A stretch of 43,955 nt of DNA from an uncultured Anaerolineales bacterium (GTDB taxonomy: Bacteria > Chloroflexota > Anaerolineae > B4-G1): positions 1-43,955 of the forward strand of contig CAZDYW010000002.1 in NCBI GenBank assembly GCA_964509655.1. The letters run 5' to 3'. Below the pieces are notes generated by a model. It worked only from the letters and a program-made list of their open reading frames with translations. It did not search any database and was not told the origin of the DNA. The stretch's first letter is position 1; every line of letters starts with the position of its first letter. Of this stretch, positions 18,758-30,007 are shown in pieces. A program made the position numbers and the translations under genes.

Positions 18758-19525
18758 CTAATCCAGCCTTGTCAAAACTTCTGCATTACCATCATTGATA
18801 TAAATGGTATGCTCGAAGTGAGCAGTTTTTTTCCCATTACAAGAAACAACGGTCCAATGATCATCTAGAACCTTCACGCAAGGATCTCCAACCAGCACCA
18901 TGGGCTCCAACGCGACCGTCATCCCTCTTCGCAAACGAACGCCTTGCCCTGGCTTACCATGATTAGGAACCTGAGGGTCTTCGTGCATTTCCCGACCAAT
19001 ACCATGACCGGTGTATTCACGCACCACGTTATATCCATGGCTTTCTACGTAGAACTGTATGGCCGCTGATATGTCGCCAGAACGATTACCTGCACGAGCA
19101 GCAGCAATGCCAGCGCTCAGAGCGCCTTTAGTCACTGCTAACAGATCTTTCACTTCCTGACTGACCTGCCCGACGGGCAAGGTGACCGCTGCATCTCCAT
19201 GATAGCCATCCAAGATTGCTCCCACATCAACACTTATGATGTCGCCTTCTTGGAGCACTCGAGAACCAGGAATACCATGCACTAACTCGTCATTGACCGA
19301 AGCACATATACTGCTTGGGAAAGGATGTAGACTCCCCGGCGGGTATCCTTTGAACGATGGGATAGCATTATGCTTACGAATTATTATTGATTCGGCTACC
19401 TCATTCAATTCCGCCGTGGTAATCCCGGGAGTAACATTTTCGCGCATAGCATCCAACACTTCGGCCACAATCCGGCCAGAGCGGCGCATTTTTTCGATTG
19501 CAGAAGGTGATTTTAGTGTGATCAA
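18758..19525 (-). CDS. map: type I methionine aminopeptidase
   Basis: 255 aa, metal ligands in ISVDVGAILDGYHGD ... GHGIGREMHE ... LEPM. Confidence 0.92.
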   Translation of the reverse strand: MITLKSPSAIEKMRRSGRIVAEVLDAMRENVTPGITTAELNEVAESIIIRKHNAIPSFKGYPPGSLHPFPSSICASVNDELVHGIPGSRVLQEGDIISVDVGAILDGYHGDAAVTLPVGQVSQEVKDLLAVTKGALSAGIAAARAGNRSGDISAAIQFYVESHGYNVVREYTGHGIGREMHEDPQVPNHGKPGQGVRLRRGMTVALEPMVLVGDPCVKVLDDHWTVVSCNGKKTAHFEHTIYINDGNAEVLTRLD

Positions 19526-19548
19526 AATAGCCTACTAACCTAAATGTT

Positions 19549-20877
19549 TTACTTGATGAAACCTTCGTAGTGACGCATCAACAGCTGTGCTTCCAACTGC
19601 CGCATAGTATCCAATACTACACCTACCACAATCAGCAAGCCGGAAGAGGTAATGAGCAAAACCCCTGTTTGCATAAATAGATCTACAATGTAAGGCAATA
19701 CCGCCACCCCACCAAGGAACAAAGCACCTACTAGCGTGATACGCCTATATATGGTATTGATGTATTCCGCTGTCCTCTTACCCGGCCTGATTCCCGGAAT
19801 AAAGCCACCTTGACGCTTCAAAGCCCCCGGCAAGTCCTGCTGCTGAATCATCACATCGGTGTAGAAATAAGTGAACCCTACGACAGCCAAGAAGTAAAGC
19901 AATCCATACCACGGGCTTTGTCCACTGAAAAAGTTCATTACACCTCTTGAAAAATTAGCGACAGCAGCACTCTCGGCATTCGCGAAGAATTGCGCTATTA
20001 CAGCCGGAAAAGTAAGTATGGATTGAGCAAAAATCAAAGGGATCATCCCTGCCGTATTAATACGCAAGGGAATGTGCGTGCTTCCCCCACCATAAACCTT
20101 GATGCCCCGCACACGCTTACCGTACTGGACGGGTATCCTACGCTCCCCTTCCTGCACAATGACAATAACAAACATAGTGACAACGGTTATCAGTAGGAAA
20201 ATGCCCACCATCAAAATCCCCATACCGATGTTGCCCTCGACCGTCGCTTGGGTCCAGATACGCACCAGATTCTCTGGGACACGCGCTACAATGCCACTGA
20301 AAATAATCATGGATAACCCATTGCCAATTCCCTGCTCGGTGATCAACTCACCCAACCAGATGGCGAACATAGTACCGGCAGTCATTGCTACAAGTACCGA
20401 AATCGTAGTCAAGACACTCCCTGGGCTACCAAAGCCGAACTGGGGCAGAACAGGAGCTTGTCCAGCATTGACCAATCGAATTTGACCGAAAGCCTGCAAT
20501 AATCCCAATGGGATGGTGATGTAATAGGTCCACTGGTTCATCTTCTGTTGACCAGCTTCACCCTCTTCAGCCAACCGTTCCAAGCTCGGAATGATCGGCT
20601 GTAGAAGCGACATAATAATGGAAGCAGTTACATAGGGGTACACGCCATTTGCCATAACCGAGAAACGTGCCACCGCGCCACCGGAGAGCATATCCAAAAG
20701 ATTGAACAGCCTACTAGCGCCACCAGTGCCGGCCAACAGTTGTTGTAGCGCAGCCTGATCAACTCCGGGCACCGGCACGTGTGCCGCCAAGCGGTAGACG
20801 ACAAGAATCAGTAATGTGTATAATAACTTGCGCCGCAGGTCGGGCAAGGTCATGGCATTGCGTAAAGCTTTAATCAT
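19549..20877 (-). CDS. secY: preprotein translocase subunit SecY
   Basis: 442 aa, 10-TM profile, LRRKLLYTLLILVVYRL ... GIRPGKRTAEYI. Confidence 0.95.
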   Translation of the reverse strand: MIKALRNAMTLPDLRRKLLYTLLILVVYRLAAHVPVPGVDQAALQQLLAGTGGASRLFNLLDMLSGGAVARFSVMANGVYPYVTASIIMSLLQPIIPSLERLAEEGEAGQQKMNQWTYYITIPLGLLQAFGQIRLVNAGQAPVLPQFGFGSPGSVLTTISVLVAMTAGTMFAIWLGELITEQGIGNGLSMIIFSGIVARVPENLVRIWTQATVEGNIGMGILMVGIFLLITVVTMFVIVIVQEGERRIPVQYGKRVRGIKVYGGGSTHIPLRINTAGMIPLIFAQSILTFPAVIAQFFANAESAAVANFSRGVMNFFSGQSPWYGLLYFLAVVGFTYFYTDVMIQQQDLPGALKRQGGFIPGIRPGKRTAEYINTIYRRITLVGALFLGGVAVLPYIVDLFMQTGVLLITSSGLLIVVGVVLDTMRQLEAQLLMRHYEGFIK

Positions 20878-20946
20878 AATCTTTATCCCCTATTCTGCAA
20901 TCGCCTTACTCTCAGCGATGGAACGAAAACAAATTACAATCAGTCA

Positions 20947-21432
20947 CTATCGCGTTCGGTAGCCTCCGCGCTGCCAAGGCAACTCTTCCACTACACCACC
21001 CGCGGATTCAATTTTGGATTTAGCGCTTTCCGAGAAACGGTGTGCCTTAACAACGAGAGGCCATTCTACCTCCCCTCTACCCAAAACGGCCACCAGTTCC
21101 TTTGAACTGCTGATAACACCAGCTTCGGCCAGTGTTTCGGGTGTTACTTCATCGCCTTCTTGGAAGCCAGCCAACAGGATCCGCTTTATGTTTACAGGTG
21201 TGAATTTAACACGCCATGGATCTCTAAAATCCGCGCCACGCTCCTTGGGAGTCCGTTGCCAGAGAGGTGTCTGTCCACCCTCGAAACCAGGCCGCACTCC
21301 ACCGCCACTACGGGCATTCTGGCCTTTTGTACCACGCCCGGCCGTTTTGCCATAGCCAGAGCCTCTACCACGTCCCACACGCTTCTTTTCTTTCTTTGCA
21401 CCTTCAACAGGGTTCAATTCGTGTAACTTCAC
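20947..21432 (-). CDS. rplO: 50S ribosomal protein L15
   Basis: 161 aa, [23 protein letters not shown]. Confidence 0.95.
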   Translation of the reverse strand: MKLHELNPVEGAKKEKKRVGRGRGSGYGKTAGRGTKGQNARSGGGVRPGFEGGQTPLWQRTPKERGADFRDPWRVKFTPVNIKRILLAGFQEGDEVTPETLAEAGVISSSKELVAVLGRGEVEWPLVVKAHRFSESAKSKIESAGGVVEELPWQRGGYRTR

Positions 21433-21444
21433 CTCTACCTCCCG

Positions 21445-21654
21445 CTACTCCTTGGGATCGCCATTTATCTCCTCTACACTCACAAGATGCCTCACACGGT
21501 CAATCATCCCTCGAATGGTCGGGGTATCCTTTCGCTCCACGACCTGATGCATCTTCCGCAATCCCAAAGCTCGCACTGTGCGCTTTTGTCGATAAGAACA
21601 ACCTATCTGACTCTTAGTCAATGTAATGCGCAAGTTCAAGTCTTTATTGCTCAT
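21445..21654 (-). CDS. rpmD: 50S ribosomal protein L30
   Basis: 69 aa, [26 protein letters not shown]. Confidence 0.9.
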   Translation of the reverse strand: MSNKDLNLRITLTKSQIGCSYRQKRTVRALGLRKMHQVVERKDTPTIRGMIDRVRHLVSVEEINGDPKE

Positions 21655-22166
21655 TTTTCTCGACTCCAGAATGGCATTACTTTTTCCTTAGGCAAGCCGC
21701 GCTCTCGAGCTACTTCTTCCACACTCCGCAGTCGCTTGAGGCCATCCATAGTAGCCTGTACCACACTGAGCGCATTGGGACTACCTAGCGACTTAGTAAG
21801 CACATCCTGCACACCAACGGCCTTCATCACAGCGCGCACGCTACCGGCTGCGATTACCCCTGTTCCTGGTGATGCAGGCTTGAGCAACACTCGCGCGCCG
21901 CCACACTCGCCGATAATTTCGTGGGGGATAGTAGAACCCAGTAAATTCACGCTCACCATATTACGGCGGGCTCGGTCCATGCCTTTGTGGATCGCATCGG
22001 GAACACCACGTGCTTTTCCAACGCCAACCCCCACCTGTCCATGGTTATCACCAACTACGGTGACTACCCGGAAGCCAAACCTGCGACCTCCCTTGACAAC
22101 TTTCGCAACGCGCTTGATGTCCACAACGCGCTCATCCAGCTCCTCTCGTTTATCGAACTGCGCCAT
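21651..22166 (-). CDS. rpsE: 30S ribosomal protein S5
   Basis: 171 aa, [27 protein letters not shown]. Confidence 0.95.
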   Translation of the reverse strand: MAQFDKREELDERVVDIKRVAKVVKGGRRFGFRVVTVVGDNHGQVGVGVGKARGVPDAIHKGMDRARRNMVSVNLLGSTIPHEIIGECGGARVLLKPASPGTGVIAAGSVRAVMKAVGVQDVLTKSLGSPNALSVVQATMDGLKRLRSVEEVARERGLPKEKVMPFWSREK

Positions 22167-22183
22167 GCTGCCTCCACTCTACC

Positions 22184-22549
22184 TCAAAAATCAAGCCCGC
22201 CTTCACGGGCAGCTTCTGCCAAAGCCTTCACCCGGCCGTGATACTTGTACCCGCCGCGATCAAAGACTACTTTTTCAACACCTTGACTCAAAGCACGCTT
22301 TGCCAAAATCTCACCAACCAGCTGTGATTGCTCAGTCTTCGTTTTTCCTTCTAAATGCGGCTTCACATCCGGGTCAACGGTCGAAGCAGAAACAAGCGTG
22401 TGTCCCTCCATATCGTCTATCACCTGAGCGTAAATGTGATGCAAGCTACGGAAGACGTTCAAGCGTGGCCGCTCTCGTGTTCCAAACACATGCTTTCGCA
22501 CACGCCTATGCCGTTTCAGACGAGCCGCCCGACGATTAACTCCTGACAT
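22184..22549 (-). CDS. rplR: 50S ribosomal protein L18
   Basis: 121 aa, [20 protein letters not shown] ... [24 protein letters not shown]. Confidence 0.95.
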   Translation of the reverse strand: MSGVNRRAARLKRHRRVRKHVFGTRERPRLNVFRSLHHIYAQVIDDMEGHTLVSASTVDPDVKPHLEGKTKTEQSQLVGEILAKRALSQGVEKVVFDRGGYKYHGRVKALAEAAREGGLDF

Positions 22550-22570
22550 ATCTCACCTTAGATCCATAGA

Positions 22571-23128
22571 CTAATAGGCGCCGATCTTACCGGCCTTGCC
22601 AGCCTTGCGCGGCACATGCTCGCCAACGTAGCGGATACCCTTACCCTTGTAAGGTTCCGGTGGTCGCCAAGCTCGAATCTCCGCCGTCACGCGCCCAACC
22701 AACTCCTTATCAGCACCGCTCACAGTGATCAACTTCGGCCGAGGGTCGACTTCAAAATCGATTCCCTCCGGCGGAGCGATGAGGACAGGATGAGAAAATC
22801 CTAACTGTAGCTCCAGACTGCCATCCTGTTTCTGATCCACACGGTAACCTACACCGCGAACTTCCAATTTTTTCTGGAAACCCTCGGTCACACCGATGAC
22901 CATGTTATTCAACAATGCTCTAGTAAGTCCATGCAATTCCCTATGCCGCTGCTGGTTTGTTGGACGGTGTACATGGATCTGCCCATCCTCAAGCACGATT
23001 TCCATATCCGAATGAAACTCGCGGGAAAGGTCCCCTTTCGGACCCGACACAGTCACTTTAGAACCATCAATATCCACCCTGACTCCCTCAGGAAGAGGGA
23101 TGGGCATTTGGCCAATTCGTGACATCAA
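22571..23128 (-). CDS. rplF: 50S ribosomal protein L6
   Basis: 185 aa, SRIGQMPIPLPEGVRVDIDGSKVTVSGPKG. Confidence 0.95.
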   Translation of the reverse strand: MMSRIGQMPIPLPEGVRVDIDGSKVTVSGPKGDLSREFHSDMEIVLEDGQIHVHRPTNQQRHRELHGLTRALLNNMVIGVTEGFQKKLEVRGVGYRVDQKQDGSLELQLGFSHPVLIAPPEGIDFEVDPRPKLITVSGADKELVGRVTAEIRAWRPPEPYKGKGIRYVGEHVPRKAGKAGKIGAY

Positions 23129-23168
23129 CTATCTCCCTTAACAACACTAGACTCGAAGTAAGTCTAGT

Positions 23169-23576
23169 CTACCACACGTAACACAATACTTCACCACCAA
23201 TTCCCATGCCTCGGGCTTGTTTCCCCGTCAAAACGCCTTTCGAGGTGGTCAAGATAGCAATCCCCATACCACTCCGTACCCATGGTATCTCCGAGGCAGG
23301 AGTATAAACGCGACGCCCCGGCTTACTGACACGCTTCATCCCTCTGATAACCGGGTGGCGATCTTTTCTTTCGCCCACATATTTGAGGTCGATAAGCAAT
23401 TGACTCTGTGGGCTCTCATCTGTCAAATGGTAGTCCCCGATAAACCCTTCGTCTTTCAAAATTTTGGCAATAGACACCTTCATTTTGGACGAAGGTAAAG
23501 CTACACTAGGGTACCCCATTGTCAAGGCATTACGAATACGCGACAACATATCAGCTATTGGGTCAGATACTACCAT
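23169..23576 (-). CDS. rpsH: 30S ribosomal protein S8
   Basis: 135 aa, DPIADMLSRIRNA ... GGEVLCYVW. Confidence 0.95.
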   Translation of the reverse strand: MVVSDPIADMLSRIRNALTMGYPSVALPSSKMKVSIAKILKDEGFIGDYHLTDESPQSQLLIDLKYVGERKDRHPVIRGMKRVSKPGRRVYTPASEIPWVRSGMGIAILTTSKGVLTGKQARGMGIGGEVLCYVW

Positions 23577-23607
23577 TGAATAAGACCTCGTTTTCGCTCT
23601 AGTTGGT

Positions 23608-23796
23608 TCACCAACTCGCTTTTCTCACACCAGGCAACTCGCCTTCCAGGGCAAGTTCCCGAAAGCAAATACGACACAATTCGAATCGCCGCATATAACC
23701 ACGCGGTCGACCACAACGTTTGCATCGATTTCGCACCTGCACTTCGTGCTTACGATTTTTCTCTCTTTCAACCAGGCATTTTCTTGTCATACTCAC
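23608..23796 (-). CDS. rpsN: 30S ribosomal protein S14, type Z (zinc-binding)
   Basis: 62 aa, [25 protein letters not shown] (CxxC...CxxC), C-terminal KASW. Confidence 0.92.
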   Translation of the reverse strand: MSMTRKCLVEREKNRKHEVQVRNRCKRCGRPRGYMRRFELCRICFRELALEGELPGVRKASW

Positions 23797-23812
23797 TCCC
23801 TTCCAGTTCAGT

Positions 23813-24358
23813 TCATTGACTTCGACGACGGAATGGCATTCCTAACAACTCAAGTAACTCACGGCCCTCTTCATCTGTGCGAGCAGTGGTCACAAAGCTA
23901 ATTTCCATACCCCGTATTTTATCCACGCTATCATAGTCGATTTCGGGAAAAACGAGTTGCTCAGGTAATCCCAGAGTATAATTGCCACGCCCATCAAGCT
24001 TGTCACTTACACCACGGAAGTCCCTCAAACGCGGCAATGCCACATTGCACAAACGATCAAAAAAAGCCCACATACGCTCGCCGCGCAACGTAACCTGAAC
24101 CCCGACTGGGTCTCCCTCACGCACCTTGAACGCCGAAATAGACCGTTTTGATCGAGTGACTATGGGATGTTGCCCCGTGATCGTCTCTACATCTCGCACT
24201 ACATGATCCAATGCCTTGGCCTCATCCCTCGCTTCACCCACGCCTACGTTGACCACGATCTTTTGCACACGAGGTACTTCCATAATATTTTCATATCCAA
24301 AACTTTCTATTAGTGCTGGACGGGTTTCCTCAAGATAACGCTTCTGCAAACGCTGCAT
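23813..24358 (-). CDS. rplE: 50S ribosomal protein L5
   Basis: Start placed at ATG 24358 ([11 protein letters not shown]), overlapping the rplX TGA by 1 nt. The track's 24400 start would overlap rplX by 43 nt. Confidence 0.93.
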   Translation of the reverse strand: MQRLQKRYLEETRPALIESFGYENIMEVPRVQKIVVNVGVGEARDEAKALDHVVRDVETITGQHPIVTRSKRSISAFKVREGDPVGVQVTLRGERMWAFFDRLCNVALPRLRDFRGVSDKLDGRGNYTLGLPEQLVFPEIDYDSVDKIRGMEISFVTTARTDEEGRELLELLGMPFRRRSQ

Positions 24359-24702
24359 CAATCCACCTCTCTGTCTACCACTGCTCCGCATTTCTTGCAC
24401 ACTCGCACCTTACGTCCATCCTCTTGACGCTTAAACCCAACACGGGTGCGTTCCTCACACTGCGGACAAACCAGCATCACGTTAGAAAGATGTATCGGCG
24501 CTTCAAAATCAATGATGCCAGGCTGAATTTCACGACGTCCTGCTCGCATAGGACGCTGATGCTTCTTCACAAGGTTGATACCAGCCACGACCACGCGATC
24601 CTTCTTCGGAAAGACGGATTGCACAGTCCCACGTCTTCCTCGATCTTCCCCGGCAATGACCTCTACCCTGTCTCCCTTTTTAATTCTATTAGCCACTTTC
24701 AC
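24358..24702 (-). CDS. rplX: 50S ribosomal protein L24
   Basis: 114 aa, [21 protein letters not shown] (KOW motif). Confidence 0.95.
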   Translation of the reverse strand: MKVANRIKKGDRVEVIAGEDRGRRGTVQSVFPKKDRVVVAGINLVKKHQRPMRAGRREIQPGIIDFEAPIHLSNVMLVCPQCEERTRVGFKRQEDGRKVRVCKKCGAVVDREVD

Positions 24703-24719
24703 GCTCCCTACCAGTGCCC

Positions 24720-25091
24720 CTACAATGCTTCCGGCGCCAGTGAGACAATCTTCATAAAACCCTTCTCACGTAACTCGCGAGCAACCGGCCCGAAGATCCG
24801 TGTGCCCATCGGGTTTAATCCTTTACCTTCCAAAATTACCGCTGCATTGTCATCGAAGCGAATGCTAGAGCCATCAGGACGACGATACTCCTTCTTCGTA
24901 CGCACGATCACGGCTCGCACGATTTCTCCCTTCCCTACCTGAGAACGCGCCGTAGCGTGCTTCACACTCGCCACCACTATGTCCCCTATCCCACCATAAC
25001 GGCGGGCGGATCCTCCTATCACGCGAATGACTTGAAGGTCACGCGCTCCAGTGTTATCAGCTACCCGCACCCGGCTCTCCTGCTGAATCAT
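24720..25091 (-). CDS. rplN: 50S ribosomal protein L14
   Basis: 123 aa, [16 protein letters not shown]. Confidence 0.95.
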   Translation of the reverse strand: MIQQESRVRVADNTGARDLQVIRVIGGSARRYGGIGDIVVASVKHATARSQVGKGEIVRAVIVRTKKEYRRPDGSSIRFDDNAAVILEGKGLNPMGTRIFGPVARELREKGFMKIVSLAPEAL

Positions 25092-25093
25092 AA

Positions 25094-25357
25094 TTACCTC
25101 CCCGGTATCTCAGCGCGTTTCAAGATTTTCTCCACGCGCCACCGTTTTTCACGACTCAACGGACGAGAATCCGTAATGCGTACAACATCACCGATGTTAC
25201 AGGCGTTCTCTTCGTCATGCGCTTTGTACTTCTTCCTCAAGCGCAATACCTTTTCATATAATGGGTGGCGCGCCAATCGCTCGACTTCCACCACAACGGT
25301 CTTTTCCATCTTGTCACTTACAACATGACCGACTAAATACTTATGTTGTCCTCTCAC
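25094..25357 (-). CDS. rpsQ: 30S ribosomal protein S17
   Basis: 87 aa, [18 protein letters not shown]...HPLYEK. Confidence 0.93.
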   Translation of the reverse strand: MRGQHKYLVGHVVSDKMEKTVVVEVERLARHPLYEKVLRLRKKYKAHDEENACNIGDVVRITDSRPLSREKRWRVEKILKRAEIPGR

Positions 25358-25572
25358 TATGCCGCCTCCCCCATAAACTCGGCAAGCAATTCGCGCTCGC
25401 GCAGGATCGTCTTCATCCGAGCGATATCACGCCTGACCATCCTCGGTCGGTTGTGGTCCTCCAGACGCCCTAGATCCAATTGACGACGCAATGTGAAAAG
25501 CTCTCGATAAGCATCCTGTAGCCGGTTCTGTATCTCTTCCGTCGTCCAGTTTCTGATCTCTCGTGCTTCCAT
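25357..25572 (-). CDS. rpmC: 50S ribosomal protein L29
   Basis: 71 aa, [27 protein letters not shown]. Confidence 0.9.
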   Translation of the reverse strand: MEAREIRNWTTEEIQNRLQDAYRELFTLRRQLDLGRLEDHNRPRMVRRDIARMKTILRERELLAEFMGEAA

Positions 25573-25575
25573 AAT

Positions 25576-25995
25576 CTACCCCGCTATTTCCTCACGTTTT
25601 ACGAACTGACACTTAATGGGCAACTTATGGGAAGCCAAACGGAAAGCCTCACGCGCCATATCCTCAGACACACCGCTCAGTTCAAACATAATACGCCCCG
25701 GTTTCACAACAGCCACCCAATGGTCCACATCTCCTTTGCCCTTACCCATTCGTGTCTCGGCAGGCTTGACTGTGACAGGCTTGTCGGGAAAGATACGAAT
25801 CCAGTACTTCCCACGGCGCCTTACATGGCGCACGATGGCTTGCCGCGCGGACTCAATTTGTCGTGATGTGATCCAGCTCGGCTCCAGGGCTTGTAATCCG
25901 TAATCTCCAAAAGCAACTTCAGCCCCACGTGTTGCCCTGCCCTTCATACGACCACGCATCTGTTTACGATACTTCACTCGCTTTGGCATTAACAT
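25576..25995 (-). CDS. rplP: 50S ribosomal protein L16
   Basis: 139 aa, [19 protein letters not shown]. Confidence 0.95.
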   Translation of the reverse strand: MLMPKRVKYRKQMRGRMKGRATRGAEVAFGDYGLQALEPSWITSRQIESARQAIVRHVRRRGKYWIRIFPDKPVTVKPAETRMGKGKGDVDHWVAVVKPGRIMFELSGVSEDMAREAFRLASHKLPIKCQFVKREEIAG

Positions 25996-26181
25996 GGTAC
26001 CACTCCTAGCCAGTCAATCAGGTAGTTAAAAATCACCTAGTCGGATTAGTCCACAACTTACCCCAGTAAGGTCACGCTAAAATAACCCCTGGACAGGCCA
26101 GGAGCATGAGATAAAACTTCCGTTATAACAACGTCACTTACCAGCTATCTGACTTCGACCTTTGACTACCGGAACATTCAA

Positions 26182-26847
26182 CTAAACAACAAAGGGAGCT
26201 TCCTCTGCCTCTTCCTCAGATAAAATTTCACCCTTATAAATCCAGACCTTCACCCCGATGTGCCCATATGTGGTTCGTGCCTCATCTCTGGCGAAATCGA
26301 TGTTAGCGCGTAAGGTCTGCAAAGGCACACGGCCTTCTTGACGCCATTCTCGACGCGCCATTTGAGAACCGGACAAACGCCCCTTGCATTCGACCTTAAT
26401 ACCCTGTGCCCCAGCGCGCATCGACCCATCTACGGCTCGCTTCATCGCCCGGCCATGATAAATACGCCGCTCCAATTGTGAGACGATATTATTCGCCACC
26501 AATCGAGCATCTAACTCAGGCTGCTCTACCTCTTGCACATCAATAGAGACACGCTTGTCAAGCATATCTTCCAAATCTTGTCTCAGTTCCTTGACGTTAG
26601 AACCACGGCGACCAATGATAATGCCGGGCTTCGCCGTCCAGATGGTGATCGGGATCTTTTTAGGAAACCGCTCAATCTCAATACGGGAAACCCCTGCACG
26701 CCTTGAAGTATTTTCCTGGATAAACTTACGGATTTCCAGATCTTCATGCAATAGGTTGATGTAATCATCACCCTCGGCATACCAATGCGACTTCCAATCG
26801 CGGATCACTCCAATTCTGAACCCATAGGGGTGAACTTTGTGCCCCAA
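26182..26847 (-). CDS. rpsC: 30S ribosomal protein S3
   Basis: 221 aa, GHKVHPYGFRIGVIRDWKSHWYA, KH domain, acidic tail. Confidence 0.95.
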   Translation of the reverse strand: MGHKVHPYGFRIGVIRDWKSHWYAEGDDYINLLHEDLEIRKFIQENTSRRAGVSRIEIERFPKKIPITIWTAKPGIIIGRRGSNVKELRQDLEDMLDKRVSIDVQEVEQPELDARLVANNIVSQLERRIYHGRAMKRAVDGSMRAGAQGIKVECKGRLSGSQMARREWRQEGRVPLQTLRANIDFARDEARTTYGHIGVKVWIYKGEILSEEEAEEAPFVV

Positions 26848-26879
26848 ATTCTCTCCTCCTTCTTGCTCTTAGCCCCCGC

Positions 26880-27236
26880 TTACTCTTTTTCTTCCAGCAC
26901 CACTGTAATGTGCGAAGATCGCTTACGAATTGCACGCACTCGACCGCGTGCTCCATAACGCCGCCGCCAACCCTTACCGGGCATCACTCCTGGGCCTTCA
27001 TCGGCCACGATTCGCGCTACGTACAAGTCGTCGTGTGGAATTCCGAGGTTTTCTTCCGCGTTCGCAATGGCTGAATTAATCACCTTTGCCACTGGGCGTG
27101 TCGCTGCTTGAGGCAAGAAATGCAACACGCTCAACGCTTCATCGACATCTAAGCCACGCACTTGATCAATAACGCGCCGTACTTTACGCGGGGACATAGG
27201 AATGTGCTTCGCCCGGGCTACAACTTCTGTGCCCAT
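26880..27236 (-). CDS. rplV: 50S ribosomal protein L22
   Basis: 118 aa, ARAKHIPMSPRKVRRVIDQVRG. Confidence 0.95.
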   Translation of the reverse strand: MGTEVVARAKHIPMSPRKVRRVIDQVRGLDVDEALSVLHFLPQAATRPVAKVINSAIANAEENLGIPHDDLYVARIVADEGPGVMPGKGWRRRYGARGRVRAIRKRSSHITVVLEEKE

Positions 27237-27248
27237 ACCCTAATCTCC

Positions 27249-27572
27249 TCACTCCTTTTCCATTGCTCTCGCGCCTTCCCGCACCTGGCCCTTTTTCTCT
27301 CTTCGCCTGTAGTGACCACGGAATGTGCGAGTAGGAGCAAACTCCCCCAACTTATGCCCGACCATATCCTCAGTGATATAGATGGGCACGTGCCTTCTCC
27401 CATCGTGTACAGCAATGGTATGTCCGATCATTTGCGGAAAGATGGTTGAGGATCTAGACCACGTGCGAATCACCTGCTTTTCCCCACGCTGGTTCATCTC
27501 TTCAATTTTGCTCAACAGCTTAGGGTCTACGTACGGATAACGTACAGCTCTCCTTGATGATGACCGCGCCAT
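27249..27572 (-). CDS. rpsS: 30S ribosomal protein S19
   Basis: 107 aa, [44 protein letters not shown]. It has a basic C-terminal extension. Confidence 0.95.
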   Translation of the reverse strand: MARSSSRRAVRYPYVDPKLLSKIEEMNQRGEKQVIRTWSRSSTIFPQMIGHTIAVHDGRRHVPIYITEDMVGHKLGEFAPTRTFRGHYRRREKKGQVREGARAMEKE

Positions 27573-27586
27573 AACCTTCCTCTCCT

Positions 27587-28423
27587 CTATCTCCGCCGCT
27601 TACCACGCCGACGCACAATGTACTTATCACTGCTCTTGCTGCGTCGCGTCTTTTTACCCATTGTCTTCTTGCCCCAGGGGGTCTTCGGGCTTGGCATACC
27701 AATGGACGTACGTCCCTCTCCCCCACCATGGGGATGATCACGAGGCGACATCACCGACCCACGTACTGTAGGCCGCCATCCTCGCCAGCGCTTCCGCCCA
27801 GCTTTGCCTAGCTTGATGTTACCGTGTTCAACATTGCCCACTTGACCGATGGTAGCTCGACACTCCTTGCGCACCAGTCTAATCTCTCCACTGGGAAGAC
27901 GCAATGTGACGTGCGCACCTTCCTTAGCAAGGATCTGCACCGATGTACCAGCCGAACGGGCGATTTGCCCCCCTCGTCCCGGTGTCAATTCGACGTTGTG
28001 CACCATCGTACCCGGTGGGATATGTTCTAGAGGTAGCGCATTACCCACCTCAATTTCGGCATTCTTGCCACTCATCAAGCTGTCACCCACCTGCAACCCC
28101 AACGGCGCTATGATATAACGCTTTTCACCGTCGGCATATACAAGCAAAGCTATGCGCGCTGACCGATTAGGGTCGTACTCAACACTCCTAACTCGCGCGG
28201 GGATATCGTCCTTATCTCGCTTGAAGTCAATCAAACGGTACAGCCGCTTGTGTCCACCGCCTCGGTGACGCACCGTAATACGGCCATAGGTATTGCGACC
28301 ACCATGCTTGCGCAAAGGACGCAGCAAACTTCGCTCGGGTTCCGTGCGTGTGATTTCTTTTCCGGTTGGATCTGTTCTCCACCTTCGTCCAGGCGAGGTG
28401 GGCTTATACGTCTTTACCGCCAT
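27587..28423 (-). CDS. rplB: 50S ribosomal protein L2
   Basis: 278 aa, [14 protein letters not shown] ... [17 protein letters not shown]. Confidence 0.95.
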   Translation of the reverse strand: MAVKTYKPTSPGRRWRTDPTGKEITRTEPERSLLRPLRKHGGRNTYGRITVRHRGGGHKRLYRLIDFKRDKDDIPARVRSVEYDPNRSARIALLVYADGEKRYIIAPLGLQVGDSLMSGKNAEIEVGNALPLEHIPPGTMVHNVELTPGRGGQIARSAGTSVQILAKEGAHVTLRLPSGEIRLVRKECRATIGQVGNVEHGNIKLGKAGRKRWRGWRPTVRGSVMSPRDHPHGGGEGRTSIGMPSPKTPWGKKTMGKKTRRSKSSDKYIVRRRGKRRR

Positions 28424-28702
28424 CTACATTACCCCCTCAAATACATCCAGCCGTACGCCTCGCGCGACAGTGATGATCGCCTTTTTCCACGCCGGACGGT
28501 ACTTTCCCCATCCATACTTAGCTGGCATAATCATCACGTTAACTTTCTCCACATCCGCCCCGAAAATCTCCTCAACCGCATCCTTAATCTCGATCTTGTT
28601 CGCACCGGGATGTACCTCAAAAGTATACTTCCTCAATTCCGATGCTTGATAGCGCGTCTTCTCAGTATCAATCGGTCGGATGATGATTTCATAGGGATTC
28701 AT
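28424..28702 (-). CDS. rplW: 50S ribosomal protein L23
   Basis: 92 aa, YEIIIRPIDTEKT...KYTFEVHPGANKIEIKDAVE. Confidence 0.93.
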   Translation of the reverse strand: MNPYEIIIRPIDTEKTRYQASELRKYTFEVHPGANKIEIKDAVEEIFGADVEKVNVMIMPAKYGWGKYRPAWKKAIITVARGVRLDVFEGVM

Positions 28703-28709
28703 TATTCAC

Positions 28710-29336
28710 CTATCCCAAAATACGCTCAATAATTTGCAAAGATTCCAACGGCACCAACACGTAATCATAACTCAACAAATCACGGACATTGAGATAACTG
28801 GCCATCAAGGTCTTCACCTGTGGCAAGTTATGGGCCGATTTCTCCACAGCTTTGTTCTTCTCAGGCAACAAGATCAACACGCTCTGATCCTGGTTCAATC
28901 CCAAGTCACTTAAAACCGCAGCCATCGCCTTTGTCTTGGGAACTTCCATCTCCAAAGCATCCACAACGACAATGAGATTTTCTTCCGCCTTGACCGAAAG
29001 CGCCGCTCGCAAAGCTGCCCTGCGCATCTTGCGTGGCATCTTTTTTGTATAATCACGAGGCTTGGGCCCATGAGCTACCGCCCCACCGACGAATAAGTTA
29101 GCAGAGCGACTTCCATGCCGAGCTCGCCCGGTACCCTTCTGTCGATACCACTTACGTGTGGTGCGAGATACTTCCCCGCGCGAGCGCGTCTTATGAGTAC
29201 CCTGGCGCGCGTTCGCCATCTGACGCACAAATGCTTGATGCATCAACGACACATTGACGGGCGCCTCAAAGATATCGGGACGAAGCTCAATGTCCCCAGC
29301 TTGCTCACCTGTGATGCTGTACATCGGGATAACCAT
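28710..29336 (-). CDS. rplD: 50S ribosomal protein L4
   Basis: Start placed at ATG 29336 (MVIPMYS), which has GAGGAG 5 nt upstream. The track start 29348 is a GTG inside the rplC stop. Motif KTRSRGEVSRTTRKWYRQKGTGRARHGS. Confidence 0.93.
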   Translation of the reverse strand: MVIPMYSITGEQAGDIELRPDIFEAPVNVSLMHQAFVRQMANARQGTHKTRSRGEVSRTTRKWYRQKGTGRARHGSRSANLFVGGAVAHGPKPRDYTKKMPRKMRRAALRAALSVKAEENLIVVVDALEMEVPKTKAMAAVLSDLGLNQDQSVLILLPEKNKAVEKSAHNLPQVKTLMASYLNVRDLLSYDYVLVPLESLQIIERILG

Positions 29337-29344
29337 GGTTCTCC

Positions 29345-30007
29345 TCACAGTATTTCACCCCGCTGCTTCGCCAATTCTTTCGACTTGCGCGCTTGTTTGA
29401 TCATCAAAAGACCATCCTTAGCGCCAGGCACACTGCCTCGGACTGCCAATAGATTTCGTTCAGGGTCAACTAACTCAACACGCAGGTTCTGAGCCGAAAC
29501 GCGCTCATTCCCCATATGCCCAGGCATACGCTGCCCTTTCCACACACGGGAGACATGCGTAGTTCCACCAATGGACCCAACAGCACGATGACGATCCGAC
29601 TGGCCATGGGTTTTTGGACCACCCTTGAAGCCATATCGTTTTACTCCACCAGCAAAGCCGCGTCCTTTTGAGGTGCCTACTACGTCTACCTGGTCCCCCA
29701 CTTCAAACACATCCGCAAGCACACGCTGTCCCTCCTCTGCGCTTTCATCCTCTCGAAGCGGGAATTCTCGAAGATGACGCAAAGCAGGCAAGTCGTTCTG
29801 CTCTAAATGACCTTTTTCCCCCCCACTTAAGCGCCATGATGCTACCTCTTCAAAACCCAACTGAACAGCTCGATACCCATCACGCTCAAGGGTCTTAACC
29901 TGAGTCACATAACACGGACCGGCTTCAATGACAGTTACCGGTATAGCTTCGCCTTGGTCATTAAAAACCTGTGTCATGCCAACTTTCTTACCTAATATCG
30001 CTTTCAC
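29345..30007 (-). CDS. rplC: 50S ribosomal protein L3
   Basis: 220 aa, [12 protein letters not shown] ... GKGFAG-type block [18 protein letters not shown] start with GGGAGG upstream. Confidence 0.95.
   Translation of the reverse strand: MKAILGKKVGMTQVFNDQGEAIPVTVIEAGPCYVTQVKTLERDGYRAVQLGFEEVASWRLSGGEKGHLEQNDLPALRHLREFPLREDESAEEGQRVLADVFEVGDQVDVVGTSKGRGFAGGVKRYGFKGGPKTHGQSDRHRAVGSIGGTTHVSRVWKGQRMPGHMGNERVSAQNLRVELVDPERNLLAVRGSVPGAKDGLLMIKQARKSKELAKQRGEIL

Noticed and set aside
21487-22539. 350-aa plus-strand ORF.
   Set aside because: It is antisense to rpsE, rplR and rpmD, which are unambiguous. Its product is a low-complexity S/T/P/R-rich string, so it is a shadow ORF.
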